Shown in pieces: positions 28,525-37,200 of a stretch of 44,059 bases of DNA (within the stretch, counting starts at the first letter, position 1; every line of letters starts with the position of its first letter). The notes beneath the pieces are model-generated. The model worked only from the letters and a program-made list of their open reading frames with translations. It had not been told where the DNA came from and searched no databases. The position numbers and the translations under genes are program-made. The stretch is from contig DASCPX010000174.1 of NCBI GenBank assembly GCA_036012755.1, forward strand, positions 1-44,059, in the 5' to 3' direction. The DNA comes from Myxococcota bacterium (lineage in GTDB: Bacteria; Myxococcota_A; UBA796; CAJQPC01).

Positions 28525-28579
28525 CACACGGCTGGCGACCTAACCACGCGATCTCGATGACTTGCGGCCAAGGGTCCGG

Positions 28580-28594
28580 TGGCACGGGGCTTGC
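28580..28594 (+). promoter_or_regulatory. Sigma-54 (RpoN) -24/-12 promoter
   Basis: TGGCACGGGGCTTGC matches TGGCACG-N4-TTGC; it ends 27 bp before the ATG at 28622, which has the RBS aaggag. Confidence 0.75.
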
Positions 28595-28621
28595 CCAGCA
28601 GGCCGTGACAAAGGAGAGACG

Positions 28622-29362
28622 ATGCACGGCTTCCACATCATCAGCAACCGGCGCGGCTGGGGGCTCCTGGCTCGAGATACTACAGAGCGCCGCGAGCTGG
28701 CGCGTACGGTCCTGGACATCGGGGAGGGCTACGGGTTGCTGTTCTTCTGCGCGCCGGACACCCACCTCCACAGCGTCGTCTCCTGCGAGCGCCGGAGAGC
28801 AGGGCGCTGCGCCCGCGCGACCGAAGCGGCCCTGACAGTGCGCCTCGGCTACGAGGACGGCTTTGCCCAGGCGACCATCCGGCCGATCGCAAACCCGGGC
28901 CACCGCAACAACCTCCGGGACTACGTCCTTGGGCAGCACGACCACCACGGAGTCGAGGCCGATCGGCTCCGGGAAGCCAGCAACGTCCTCGACCTCCTCG
29001 GCGCCCGACTCCTCGGCGCCCACACCCGTGGTCCGGTCAGAAGGCTCGTGCCCAGGACCACCCGAGCCGCTCTGCTGGCTCACCTCGACCTGGAGGCGCT
29101 GCCCGAGGGCTTCCCGCCCAGCCGACTTCCAGGAGCCGTGAGGCTCGCCAGCGCCGGAGCATACGCCCGGACGGACCTCAGGCGGCGCCTCGACGCCTCC
29201 GCCGTGCGCGTCGCCGCCGGCGAAGGTCTGGGCCCGAAAGCCATCGCTGCGCTGCTCGACCTCTCACGCACGACGGTCTACCGGGCAACGCGGGGCTCCC
29301 AGGACGAGGAGGCCGAGGGCGCGCTCCGCCGGGCAGCCGCGCTGCTTCACACGCTCGGGTAG
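28622..29362 (+). CDS. Divergent HUH/Y1 endonuclease (RAYT / IS200-like tyrosine transposase family) with C-terminal HTH
   Basis: N-terminal FHII..R, ARDTTERREL, LLFFCAPDTHLH (HUH) and RDYVLGQ (catalytic Tyr position); C-terminal PKAIAALLDLSRTTVYR HTH; RBS aaggag. Confidence 0.7.
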   Translation: MHGFHIISNRRGWGLLARDTTERRELARTVLDIGEGYGLLFFCAPDTHLHSVVSCERRRAGRCARATEAALTVRLGYEDGFAQATIRPIANPGHRNNLRDYVLGQHDHHGVEADRLREASNVLDLLGARLLGAHTRGPVRRLVPRTTRAALLAHLDLEALPEGFPPSRLPGAVRLASAGAYARTDLRRRLDASAVRVAAGEGLGPKAIAALLDLSRTTVYRATRGSQDEEAEGALRRAAALLHTLG

Positions 29363-29469
29363 GCGCGATCTTCGCGGCGGCGATCAGCGCCCTGACACGT
29401 CGTGGCGGCCCAGCCCGGCCGCACCCGCCAGCAAGCACCGGTGGCGCACGAGCGTCCTGACCACAGCTC

Positions 29470-29784
29470 CTATTGCTCCGCCCCCGTGTCCACCGGCTCT
29501 TCCGCGCAGACCTCGAAGCAGGCCTGGGGATGATCCCGCGCCATCGTCTCGCAACCGATGTCCTGCCACCCGGACACACAGCGCTTCGCGCTCCGGCGGT
29601 CGTAGTCGAGGCACTCGCCGTCTGCCTCGGCCCAGGCGTCGTTCTCCGCGATGCAATCGTCCACCGAGTCGAAGCCCAGCGTGCCGAGCAGATCACAGCG
29701 TGAGTACGACTCGCACTTCGCAGAGTTGAGGTCTGCGGTGTACTTGTCGTGGGTGTAGCAACCGATGGCGAGGAGCAGGAGCAT
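29470..29784 (-). CDS. Small Cys-rich lipoprotein
   Basis: Lipobox MLLLLAIGC; 8 further Cys in about 95 aa. Confidence 0.7.
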   Translation of the reverse strand: MLLLLAIGCYTHDKYTADLNSAKCESYSRCDLLGTLGFDSVDDCIAENDAWAEADGECLDYDRRSAKRCVSGWQDIGCETMARDHPQACFEVCAEEPVDTGAEQ

Positions 29785-30460
29785 GGCGGACAAGCCTAAC
29801 CGGGTGCTCGTCACGCGGGCCAAGGGCCGCGCAGATGCGCTCAGCGCTGCCCTGGTCGCTGGAGGGGCGCGGCCGATCCACGTGCCGCTCATCGCCTTCG
29901 AGCCCACCGGGGCGGCGTGGCCCCGCGTCCAGCCTGGTGACGTGCTCGCGGTGACCTCGGCGACGGCCGTCGACTACCTGGACGAGGCTGTCACCGACTG
30001 CCTGATCGCTGCGGTGGGACCGACCACGAGGGCGGCGCTGGAGGCAAGAGGACTCCAGGTGGCGATCTGCCCGCATCGAGGGCTCGCCGAGGCACTCGTC
30101 GCCGCGCTGGGCGACCTCCGAGGTCGCCGGGTCCTCTACCCGCGGGCCGTGGTCGTGCCGCCCGAGTTCGAGCGGAGGCTCGCGGAGGCCGGCGCGGAGG
30201 TCCTGGCCATCGGCGTCTACCGGACCACCGAGCCCGAGGTCGGCTCCCTGCCGCCCGCCGAGGTCATCACGCTCGCGAGCGGCTCGGCAGCCCGCCACCT
30301 CGCCCGGCTCGACACCACGGGGCGCCTAGCGGTCATCGGTCCGAGCACCGCCAGGGTCTGCAGACAGCTGGGCCTGCGGGTGGACGCCGTCGCCACTCCG
30401 CACACCAGCGCGGGCCTCGCCTCAGCTGCGCTCGGCCTGTTGCCGCAGCATCTCGGCTAG
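29783..30460 (+). CDS. hemD: Uroporphyrinogen-III synthase
   Basis: VLVTRA, PLIAFEP, VTSATAV, AAVGPTT, VYRT, LASGSAA and VIGPSTA motifs. An alternative start is the GTG at 29804. Confidence 0.85.
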   Translation: MADKPNRVLVTRAKGRADALSAALVAGGARPIHVPLIAFEPTGAAWPRVQPGDVLAVTSATAVDYLDEAVTDCLIAAVGPTTRAALEARGLQVAICPHRGLAEALVAALGDLRGRRVLYPRAVVVPPEFERRLAEAGAEVLAIGVYRTTEPEVGSLPPAEVITLASGSAARHLARLDTTGRLAVIGPSTARVCRQLGLRVDAVATPHTSAGLASAALGLLPQHLG

Positions 30461-31297
30461 GCCGGCACCCATCTCGGCGCCCTCGTCCCAGTCGCCGAAG
30501 GCCTCCAACCGATGCAGACCGGTGGCGCTGGCCAGCACCGCGATCATGCGGATCGAGTCGTCCTCGAGCCAGGCGAAGGCCCCAGCGGGCACGCTGCACC
30601 CCCCCTCCAGGACCGCGAGGAAGTTGCGCTCGGCCTCCACGCAGACCCGCGTCTCCTCGTCGTCGAGGACCTCGACGAGGGCACGGGCCACAGAGCCGGC
30701 GGCGGTCTGGATCCCGAGAGCGCCCTGCCCCGGAGCGGGGGTACAGACGGAGACATCGAGCGACTCGCCCTCCACCGACAGCCCGAGGCGGCTGAGACCG
30801 GCGGCAGCCAGCACCACGGCGTCGAAGTCCCCTTCCGCCAGCTTGCGCAGGCGAGTGTCGACGTTGCCCCGGATTCCGCGCACCTCGACGTCCGGACGGG
30901 CCTCGACGAGCTGGGCGGCCCGACGAGCCGAGCCCGTCCCCACGATGGCGCCCGGGTGGAGGGTCTCCAGCCGCGCTCCGACGAGCACGTCACGAGGATC
31001 CTCGCGCGCCGGCACCGCGGCGATGACGAGGCCGTCGCTGTCCTCTGTCGGCAGGTCCTTCAGGCTGTGGACGGCAAGGTGGATGCTGCCCGATCGCAGG
31101 GCCTGTTCCAGCTCGAGGGTGAACAGACCCTTGCCCCCGACCTCTGGCAGCGGACGATCCTGGACGCGGTCACCCCGGGTGGAGATGACCTCGAGCTGAA
31201 CCTCGATGCCGTGGGCCTGTTCGAGCCACCCGGCCACGAGCCTGGACTGGGCCAGGGCGAGCTTGGAGCCCCTCGTCCCGAGCACGAGTCGCTTCAC
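30422..31297 (-). CDS. hemC: Hydroxymethylbilane synthase (porphobilinogen deaminase)
   Basis: GTRGSKLALAQ, GGKGLFTLELE, AVHSLKDLP, GTGSARR, RGNVDTRL and LEGGCSVP motifs. Confidence 0.96.
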   Translation of the reverse strand: MKRLVLGTRGSKLALAQSRLVAGWLEQAHGIEVQLEVISTRGDRVQDRPLPEVGGKGLFTLELEQALRSGSIHLAVHSLKDLPTEDSDGLVIAAVPAREDPRDVLVGARLETLHPGAIVGTGSARRAAQLVEARPDVEVRGIRGNVDTRLRKLAEGDFDAVVLAAAGLSRLGLSVEGESLDVSVCTPAPGQGALGIQTAAGSVARALVEVLDDEETRVCVEAERNFLAVLEGGCSVPAGAFAWLEDDSIRMIAVLASATGLHRLEAFGDWDEGAEMGAGLAEMLRQQAERS

Positions 31298-32568
31298 TCC
31301 TCTTCTCCCCTGAAGGCCTCGCCCAGGTTTCGCAGGGCCTCTTCGTCCCCTGCCATCGCCAGGGCTCTGGCCTGCCGGATCACGTTGTGCAGTGTGCGCT
31401 TCATCATCGCCCGGGTCATCGCGTCGATCACCTCGCGCTGCTCGGGATCGAGCGCAGAGAGCACCGCCCCGCTGCGCTCCAGCTCCACCCTGCGTGCGGC
31501 CTCCGCGACCCGCGTGATGCGCGTGATGACCGGATCCGCCGAGCGGGCGCCGAGGCTCTCGTAGCAGCGCTCGGCTTCGTCTCGGACGATCTGCTCCGCG
31601 ACGGTGGCTTCGCGCTCCCGCTTGGCGAGCCCCTGCCTCGCGACCTCCGAGAGATCGTCGATGTTGAAGACGTAGGCGCCTTCGAGCTCGTGGACCTCTG
31701 GCGCGACGTTGCGGGGGACCGCCAGGTCGACGAGGAAGAGCGGACGGAAGCGGCGGGCGCGCATGATCGGAGCCATGCGCGAGCGAGGGAGCAGGTGCCC
31801 CGCCGTCGAGGTCGACACGACGGCGATGTCTACCCGCTCGAGGTAGCCGTCTACCTGGTCGAGGTGGATCGCGGAGCCGCCGAACTGCAGGCTGAGATCG
31901 ACCGCGCGCTGGTAGGTCCGGTTCGCCACCACGAGCTCCTCGACCCCATGAGCGAGCATCGCCCGGGCCACGAGCCGCCCCATCTCGCCTGCGCCCAACA
32001 GCAGCGTCCGCTTGCCCTCGAGGCTGCCGAAGACCTGGCGCGCGAGGTCCACCCCGGAGGTCCCGACGCTGACCGACGACCGACCGATGCGCGTCTCCGT
32101 CCGAACCCGCTTGGCGACGCTGATGGTGCGCCGCATGAGCGGGTGCATGACCCGGCCGATGGCGCCGTGCTCCCGAGCGAGGCGGAAGGCGGACTTCACC
32201 TGGCCGAGGATCTGGGGCTCACCCACCACCATCGAGTCCAGGGACGAGGCCACCCTGAAGAGGTGAGAGACCGCCTCGGCTCCGCGGTAGTGGTAGAGGT
32301 GGCCCAGGAGCTCCTTCTGGCGGAGCCCGTGGGCCCGGGCGAGGTAGCTGGCCAGCCCCACCCCGCCGTCCTCCGGGTCGACCACCGCGTAGAGTTCGAC
32401 CCGGTTGCAGGTCGACAGGATCACTGTCTCGTCCGACAGCGACTGCTCGGCGATGGCGAGGAAGTGCCTGGAGAAGTCGGGCTTGGTGATGGCGAGGCGC
32501 TCGCGCACGCCGACTGGGGCAGTGCGGTGGTTCAGCCCGAGGCTGACGAGCTCGCGACCGCCGATCAT
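31294..32568 (-). CDS. hemA: Glutamyl-tRNA reductase
   Basis: GLNHRTAPVGVRE, LSTCNRVE, SLDSMVVGEPQILGQVK, GAGEMG and DLAVPRNV motifs; start at the ATG at 32568. Confidence 0.95.
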   Translation of the reverse strand: MIGGRELVSLGLNHRTAPVGVRERLAITKPDFSRHFLAIAEQSLSDETVILSTCNRVELYAVVDPEDGGVGLASYLARAHGLRQKELLGHLYHYRGAEAVSHLFRVASSLDSMVVGEPQILGQVKSAFRLAREHGAIGRVMHPLMRRTISVAKRVRTETRIGRSSVSVGTSGVDLARQVFGSLEGKRTLLLGAGEMGRLVARAMLAHGVEELVVANRTYQRAVDLSLQFGGSAIHLDQVDGYLERVDIAVVSTSTAGHLLPRSRMAPIMRARRFRPLFLVDLAVPRNVAPEVHELEGAYVFNIDDLSEVARQGLAKREREATVAEQIVRDEAERCYESLGARSADPVITRITRVAEAARRVELERSGAVLSALDPEQREVIDAMTRAMMKRTLHNVIRQARALAMAGDEEALRNLGEAFRGEEE

Positions 32569-33371
32569 CCGTGCCAGCCCTGCATGACGATGAGGATCCC
32601 GCCGAGAGACGCGACGAGGCCGACGAAGCCGATGACGGAGAACTGCGCCGCGAGCCGCCCCCGCCAGCCGCCGACGATGCGGACCAACACCGCGGCCGCG
32701 TACCAGCCCCAGGCGACGAGGGTCGCCCACACGGTGGGGCCGAGTCCGCTGGGAGGGGTCGCCTTGGTCACCGCCCAGAGTCCGCCGGCGGCGATCCCGA
32801 TGGTCAGCGCGAGGAAGCCCGCGAGGATGCAGCGCGTGTTGAGCCGATCGAGGGTCTCGATGGCCGGGAGACGCCCCAGCCCCTTGAGCTGCTTGGTCTT
32901 CAGCCGACGCCGCACGACCAGGTAGACGAGCGAGATGCCGAAGGCGAGGCCGAAGGCCGAGATGCCGACGAAGGTGGAGACCGCGTGGACGGGCAGCCAC
33001 AGGGTCGCGAGGTTCTCGTCCGGACTGTGTATTGGCGTCGGCATGAGCAGCGACAGCCCGAGCAGGACCGCGACGAGGGCGACGTGGACGCCGGCGAGGA
33101 TCTCACCCTGGTTACGCGGGCGGAGGACCAGGGCGCCGACCCCGACGACCGCGGCGACAGATGCCGTGGAGGCACCAGCGGTGTGCACGGGGAGCTCGCC
33201 GGTCCGCCAGACCAGCAGCCCGAGCGCCCCGATGTGGGCACCCAGACCCGACACCAGCAGCGCGTCGAGTGTCCGCGGCAGCCAGCTCGGTCTCGCCGTC
33301 GGGTCGAACAGGCGCACGGCCGAGACGACCAGGTAGGCCACGAGCGCGACCATGAAGAGGAGGGCCTCCAT
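32565..33371 (-). CDS. ccsA: Cytochrome c assembly protein CcsA/HemX-like
   Basis: About 8 TM helices; WLPVH, RLPAIETLDRL and GFLALTIGIAAGGLWA motifs; sits upstream of hemA. Confidence 0.8.
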   Translation of the reverse strand: MEALLFMVALVAYLVVSAVRLFDPTARPSWLPRTLDALLVSGLGAHIGALGLLVWRTGELPVHTAGASTASVAAVVGVGALVLRPRNQGEILAGVHVALVAVLLGLSLLMPTPIHSPDENLATLWLPVHAVSTFVGISAFGLAFGISLVYLVVRRRLKTKQLKGLGRLPAIETLDRLNTRCILAGFLALTIGIAAGGLWAVTKATPPSGLGPTVWATLVAWGWYAAAVLVRIVGGWRGRLAAQFSVIGFVGLVASLGGILIVMQGWHG

Positions 33372-33384
33372 GCCAGCTGCTTAT

Positions 33385-34758
33385 CTACTTCTGGGCGCGG
33401 CGCTCCAACAGCCGAACCTCGCGCTTGGCGCCGATGTGGTTGGCGTTGAGCTCCAGGACCTGCTCGAAGCGCTGCCGCGCGGCCCTGTTCTTGCCCGCCT
33501 GTCGCAGGATGCGCCCTGCGCGGTAGGCCGCCTCGCACCGAGCCGGGAGGCCGTCCAGGGCCAGATCCTCCAGCTGGTGGATGGCTGTTCGGAAGTCGGT
33601 CTCCTTGAGGATGTGACGGATGTGGATGAGCACGACCTGGTAGATGAGCGTGTTCGGGTCGATCTCGACGATCTTCTCGAGCTTGGCCCGCGCCTCGTCC
33701 CACCGGCGCATGTTCTCCATGCCCTGGACCGCGCGGAACATCACCCGGGCGCGATCCCGCTTGACCCTGGGCACGAAGGCCTCGCCACGCCCCAGGGACC
33801 GGAGCCGATCGATCTCGTCCTTGAGGAGAGCATCGTCCTGCACGAGGTCGTCCCGGTGCTGGTTGAGCACCGCGAAGACGTGGGCCGCGGCCCGCTTCAC
33901 CTGGTTGCCCTGGTCTACGTAGTTGTCCGGGTGGTAGGCACCCGCGACGCGCCGGAAGATCGAGCCGAGCTTGTCGTGGTCGAGCTCCAGGGTGCTGTCG
34001 GGCTTGACGCCGAGGGCATCCAGTGGGCGCATGCGCTCCAGCTCGTCGGCCCGTGCCCGGAGCTGGCGGATCTTGGTCTGCTGCTGCTTGCGGAGGAAGC
34101 GCCGGCGTGCGGCCGCCGCCTTGCCGATCGCAAGGAGGCCGAACTCGAACAGCAGATCCACGTCGAGCCAGGTCCGCTCCAGGACCACCGGGCCCTCCGG
34201 CACCACGCTCCTCACGACGGCGGTGAGGGTGCCCTCGGCGTTGCAGACCTTGAGCGTCCGCATCGTGCCCGCAGAGAGCATGCCGCGCTCGGCTCGGTCG
34301 GGAGCCCGCACGGTCAGGGGCTCATCCATCCGCCGCTCGAAGCTCTGGGCGATCAGGTCAGCGGGGCGAGCGGACTGGTAGGCGTCGCGAATGGCCGGCC
34401 CGAGCGGCACGTCCATCGGGAAGCCACCATCCGGCGGCTCGACGTCCTGCTCGTAGACGCCCACCGCCTTGCCATCCGCGGTCTGCGCCAGCGCCTGCGC
34501 CAGGACGCATGCGGCCTCGTCCCAGATCTCGATCAGCTCCACGCCCTCGCCAGCGACGCTCATGACGTCGGTCTTGAGGTTGCTGGGCTCGCCCTCGGCG
34601 CGGTCCAACCACCTGGACAACAGCGGGAGGCCGGTGACCTGGACGACCCGCCCTGTCTGGAGGAAGACCTCGACGTCGTCCCACTTCAGTCTTCCCGTGG
34701 CGTTGCGCGCGACAGCGCGCAGCAGCAAGGCCGTCGGACTGGTGGCTGCGCGGGACAC
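33385..34758 (-). CDS. DUF4388-like N-terminal domain + J-domain + TPR protein
   Basis: N-terminal ATGRLKW...VFLQTGRVV; J-domain LGVKP...IFRRVAGAYHPD; C-terminal TPRs (AYRAGRILRQAGKNRAARQRFEQVLELNANH). Confidence 0.7.
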   Translation of the reverse strand: MSRAATSPTALLLRAVARNATGRLKWDDVEVFLQTGRVVQVTGLPLLSRWLDRAEGEPSNLKTDVMSVAGEGVELIEIWDEAACVLAQALAQTADGKAVGVYEQDVEPPDGGFPMDVPLGPAIRDAYQSARPADLIAQSFERRMDEPLTVRAPDRAERGMLSAGTMRTLKVCNAEGTLTAVVRSVVPEGPVVLERTWLDVDLLFEFGLLAIGKAAAARRRFLRKQQQTKIRQLRARADELERMRPLDALGVKPDSTLELDHDKLGSIFRRVAGAYHPDNYVDQGNQVKRAAAHVFAVLNQHRDDLVQDDALLKDEIDRLRSLGRGEAFVPRVKRDRARVMFRAVQGMENMRRWDEARAKLEKIVEIDPNTLIYQVVLIHIRHILKETDFRTAIHQLEDLALDGLPARCEAAYRAGRILRQAGKNRAARQRFEQVLELNANHIGAKREVRLLERRAQK

Positions 34759-34877
34759 CGGGTTCTGGGAACCTCCTCAGCCTCCCTCGACAGCTTGCCC
34801 GAGGTGGCCTCGGAGTTTATTCCATCGGGACTACTGCCGCAGCGCAAGCATCCTGTGGCAAAGGAGATCGTCCCGAA

Positions 34878-35204
34878 ATGAGCGACAACATCAAGAACGT
34901 CGGCGACGCGAACTTCGAAGCGGAGGTCCTGGGTGCAGAAACACCCGTTCTCGTGGACTTCTGGGCCACCTGGTGCGCCCCCTGCAAGGCCCTGGCCCCC
35001 AAGGTCGAGGCGATCGCCAATGACTACGCGGGCCGGGTCCGCGTCGTGAAGGTCGACATCGACTCCAACCGGCGCACGGCGATGAACTACAACGTCCGCT
35101 CGATCCCCACGGTGCTGCTCTTCAAGGGCGGCGAGGTCGTCGGCCACAGCGTCGGCAACGTCGACCGGGGTCGCCTCGCTGCGATGGTCGAAGAAGCCCT
35201 GTAG
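34878..35204 (+). CDS. trxA: Thioredoxin
   Basis: VLVDFWATWCAPCK and VRSIPT motifs; RBS aaggag. Confidence 0.93.
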   Translation: MSDNIKNVGDANFEAEVLGAETPVLVDFWATWCAPCKALAPKVEAIANDYAGRVRVVKVDIDSNRRTAMNYNVRSIPTVLLFKGGEVVGHSVGNVDRGRLAAMVEEAL

Positions 35205-35207
35205 GCC

Positions 35208-36257
35208 TCAGACCGCCACGGCCTCGAGGAACTCGAGCTCCTCGAGGGTCTGGCCGGCACCGCGGGCGACCGCATTGCCCGGGTCCTCCGCGACGACGAC
35301 AGGCAGCCCCGTGGCCTCGCCCAGGGCGCGGTCCAGTCCGCGCAGCTGTGCGCCACCACCGGTCAACACGATGCCCTTGTCGACGATGTCGGCGGCCAGC
35401 TCCGGGGCGGTCTTGTCCAGCGCGGCGAGCAGGGTCTCGACGATCAGGTGCACGATGCCGGCCAGCGCGCCGCGCACCTCGTCCGCGTGGACCTCGAGGC
35501 CCCGCGGGAAGCCGGTCACCACGTCGCGGCCGCTGACCTGGGCCACCCTCTCGCCATCGAAGCGGGCTCGCTCGTGCGCGCTCCCGAGACCGGTCTTGAG
35601 GTTCTCGGCAGTGACGGGCCCGATCCGGAGCCCGCGAACCTGCTCCAGGTGCGTGGTGAGCGCCTCGTCCATCTGCTCCCCGCCCACCTTGAGACTGCGG
35701 GAATAGACGATGCCACCAAGGCTGACGACCGCGACCTCCGTGGTTCCACCCCCGATGTCCACGACCATGTTGCCGTGAGGCTCCGTGACGTCGAGCCCCG
35801 CGCCGATCGCCGCGGCGAGCACCTCTTCGACGAGATGCACCTCTCTTGCCCCGGCCGCCTCCGCGCACTCGCGCATCGCCCGCTTCTCGACCTCTGTGGT
35901 GCCGTATGGGACCGTCAGGACGGCGCGCGGTCGGACGACGTGGTTGGGCCCCATGCACTGGTGCATGAGGAGCCGCAAGAGCGCCTCCGTGACCTCGAAG
36001 TCGGCGATGACGCCCTCGCGCAGGGGGCGCACGACCTCGATGTCCGATGGGGTCCGGCCCCACATCGCCCGCGCCTCGGTCCCGACGGCCAGGACGCGCC
36101 GCTCGCCGCGAGGGTCGGCATAGAGAGCCACCATCGACGGCTCGGCGCACATGACCCCCCGCTTGCGCACGTGCACCCGGGTGGTGGTGGTGCCCAGATC
36201 GATGGCCATGTCCTGGGACAAGGCACCCAGGACGCCCGAGAACAGTCGACGAGGCAT
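35208..36257 (-). CDS. mreB: Rod shape-determining actin-like protein MreB (orphan, divergent)
   Basis: AIDLGT, RPLREGVIADF, TEVEKRA, AAAIGAGL, VVDIGGGTTEVAV and PELAADIVDKGIVLTGGGA motifs. Confidence 0.9.
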   Translation of the reverse strand: MPRRLFSGVLGALSQDMAIDLGTTTTRVHVRKRGVMCAEPSMVALYADPRGERRVLAVGTEARAMWGRTPSDIEVVRPLREGVIADFEVTEALLRLLMHQCMGPNHVVRPRAVLTVPYGTTEVEKRAMRECAEAAGAREVHLVEEVLAAAIGAGLDVTEPHGNMVVDIGGGTTEVAVVSLGGIVYSRSLKVGGEQMDEALTTHLEQVRGLRIGPVTAENLKTGLGSAHERARFDGERVAQVSGRDVVTGFPRGLEVHADEVRGALAGIVHLIVETLLAALDKTAPELAADIVDKGIVLTGGGAQLRGLDRALGEATGLPVVVAEDPGNAVARGAGQTLEELEFLEAVAV

Positions 36258-36321
36258 GTGGTGGCTGGGGAAGCCGGGGGGGGGATTGAATGAGGGGGCT
36301 CACCTCGCGTATAGCATTCGC

Positions 36322-37167
36322 ATGAAGCTCCGCGCCATCGCTCACTTCACCGCCCTCACCCTGCTGACAACGACAGCGCTGGCCGCGTGCGTCAAGGTGC
36401 CGGTCACCGGCCGGCGCCAGTTCAACTTGATTCCCGACGGCCTGATGCGCGAGATCGGTGCGTCGACCTACCGCTCGATGCTGGCGGAGGAGTCGGTCGC
36501 CAAGGGGAGCGAAAACGCCAAGGTCATCGACCGGGTCGGGAACTCCATCGCCCAGAGCGCGAACCAGAAGGACTACAGCTGGAAGTTCAAGCTGATCCAG
36601 GACAGCGACACGATCAACGCCTGGTGCCTCCCGGGCGGCAAGATCGCGATCTACACGGGCATCCTCCCGGTGGTGGAGAACGAGGCCGGGCTGGCCTTCG
36701 TGACCGGGCACGAGGTGGGGCACGCGACCGCCCACCACGGAGCGGAGCGCATGTCCCAACAGCTGGCGATCCTTGGCGGGCTCGCGGGGCTGTACCTCTA
36801 CCTGGACAACAAGTCCGAGATGAACGACAAGCAGATCGCCACGGTCATCGCCGCCGCTGGCATCGGCGCACAAGGCGGCGTCATCCTGCCGTTCTCGCGA
36901 CTCCACGAGAAGGAAGCCGACGTCATCGGCATGATGTACATGGCCAAGGCGGGCTACCCCCCTTCAGAGGCGCCGAAGGTGTGGACTCGCATGGAGAACG
37001 CCACCGGCGGGTCGGCCCTCCCGGCGATTCTCAGCACCCACCCGAACAACGACACGCGGAAGGAGAACCTCCGCGACTGGCTGCCAAAGGCCAAGAAGCG
37101 GTACTCCCGCTCCAACAAGAAGTCCGGGACACAGCAGACCCTGTGGACGAACAGCTCGTTCAAGTAA
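36322..37167 (+). CDS. M48-family zinc metalloprotease lipoprotein (Oma1/LoiP-like)
   Basis: Lipobox ALAAC; NAWCLPGGKI, GHEVGH, FSRLHEKEAD and LSTHP motifs. Confidence 0.9.
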   Translation: MKLRAIAHFTALTLLTTTALAACVKVPVTGRRQFNLIPDGLMREIGASTYRSMLAEESVAKGSENAKVIDRVGNSIAQSANQKDYSWKFKLIQDSDTINAWCLPGGKIAIYTGILPVVENEAGLAFVTGHEVGHATAHHGAERMSQQLAILGGLAGLYLYLDNKSEMNDKQIATVIAAAGIGAQGGVILPFSRLHEKEADVIGMMYMAKAGYPPSEAPKVWTRMENATGGSALPAILSTHPNNDTRKENLRDWLPKAKKRYSRSNKKSGTQQTLWTNSSFK

Positions 37168-37200
37168 TAGAGGGCGAAGCTCAAAGGGAGTTCTTCGGCC

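Noticed and set aside
27860..28571. ORFs reading through the 51-bp array (17-aa repeat peptides on both strands)
   Set aside because: They are open only because 51 is divisible by 3. They overlap the acyl-CoA dehydrogenase gene and lack a credible start or RBS.
28622..29469. Complete IS200/IS605 element or TnpB/omegaRNA system
   Set aside because: There is no tnpB or IscB ORF and no recognisable matching right-end hairpin downstream.
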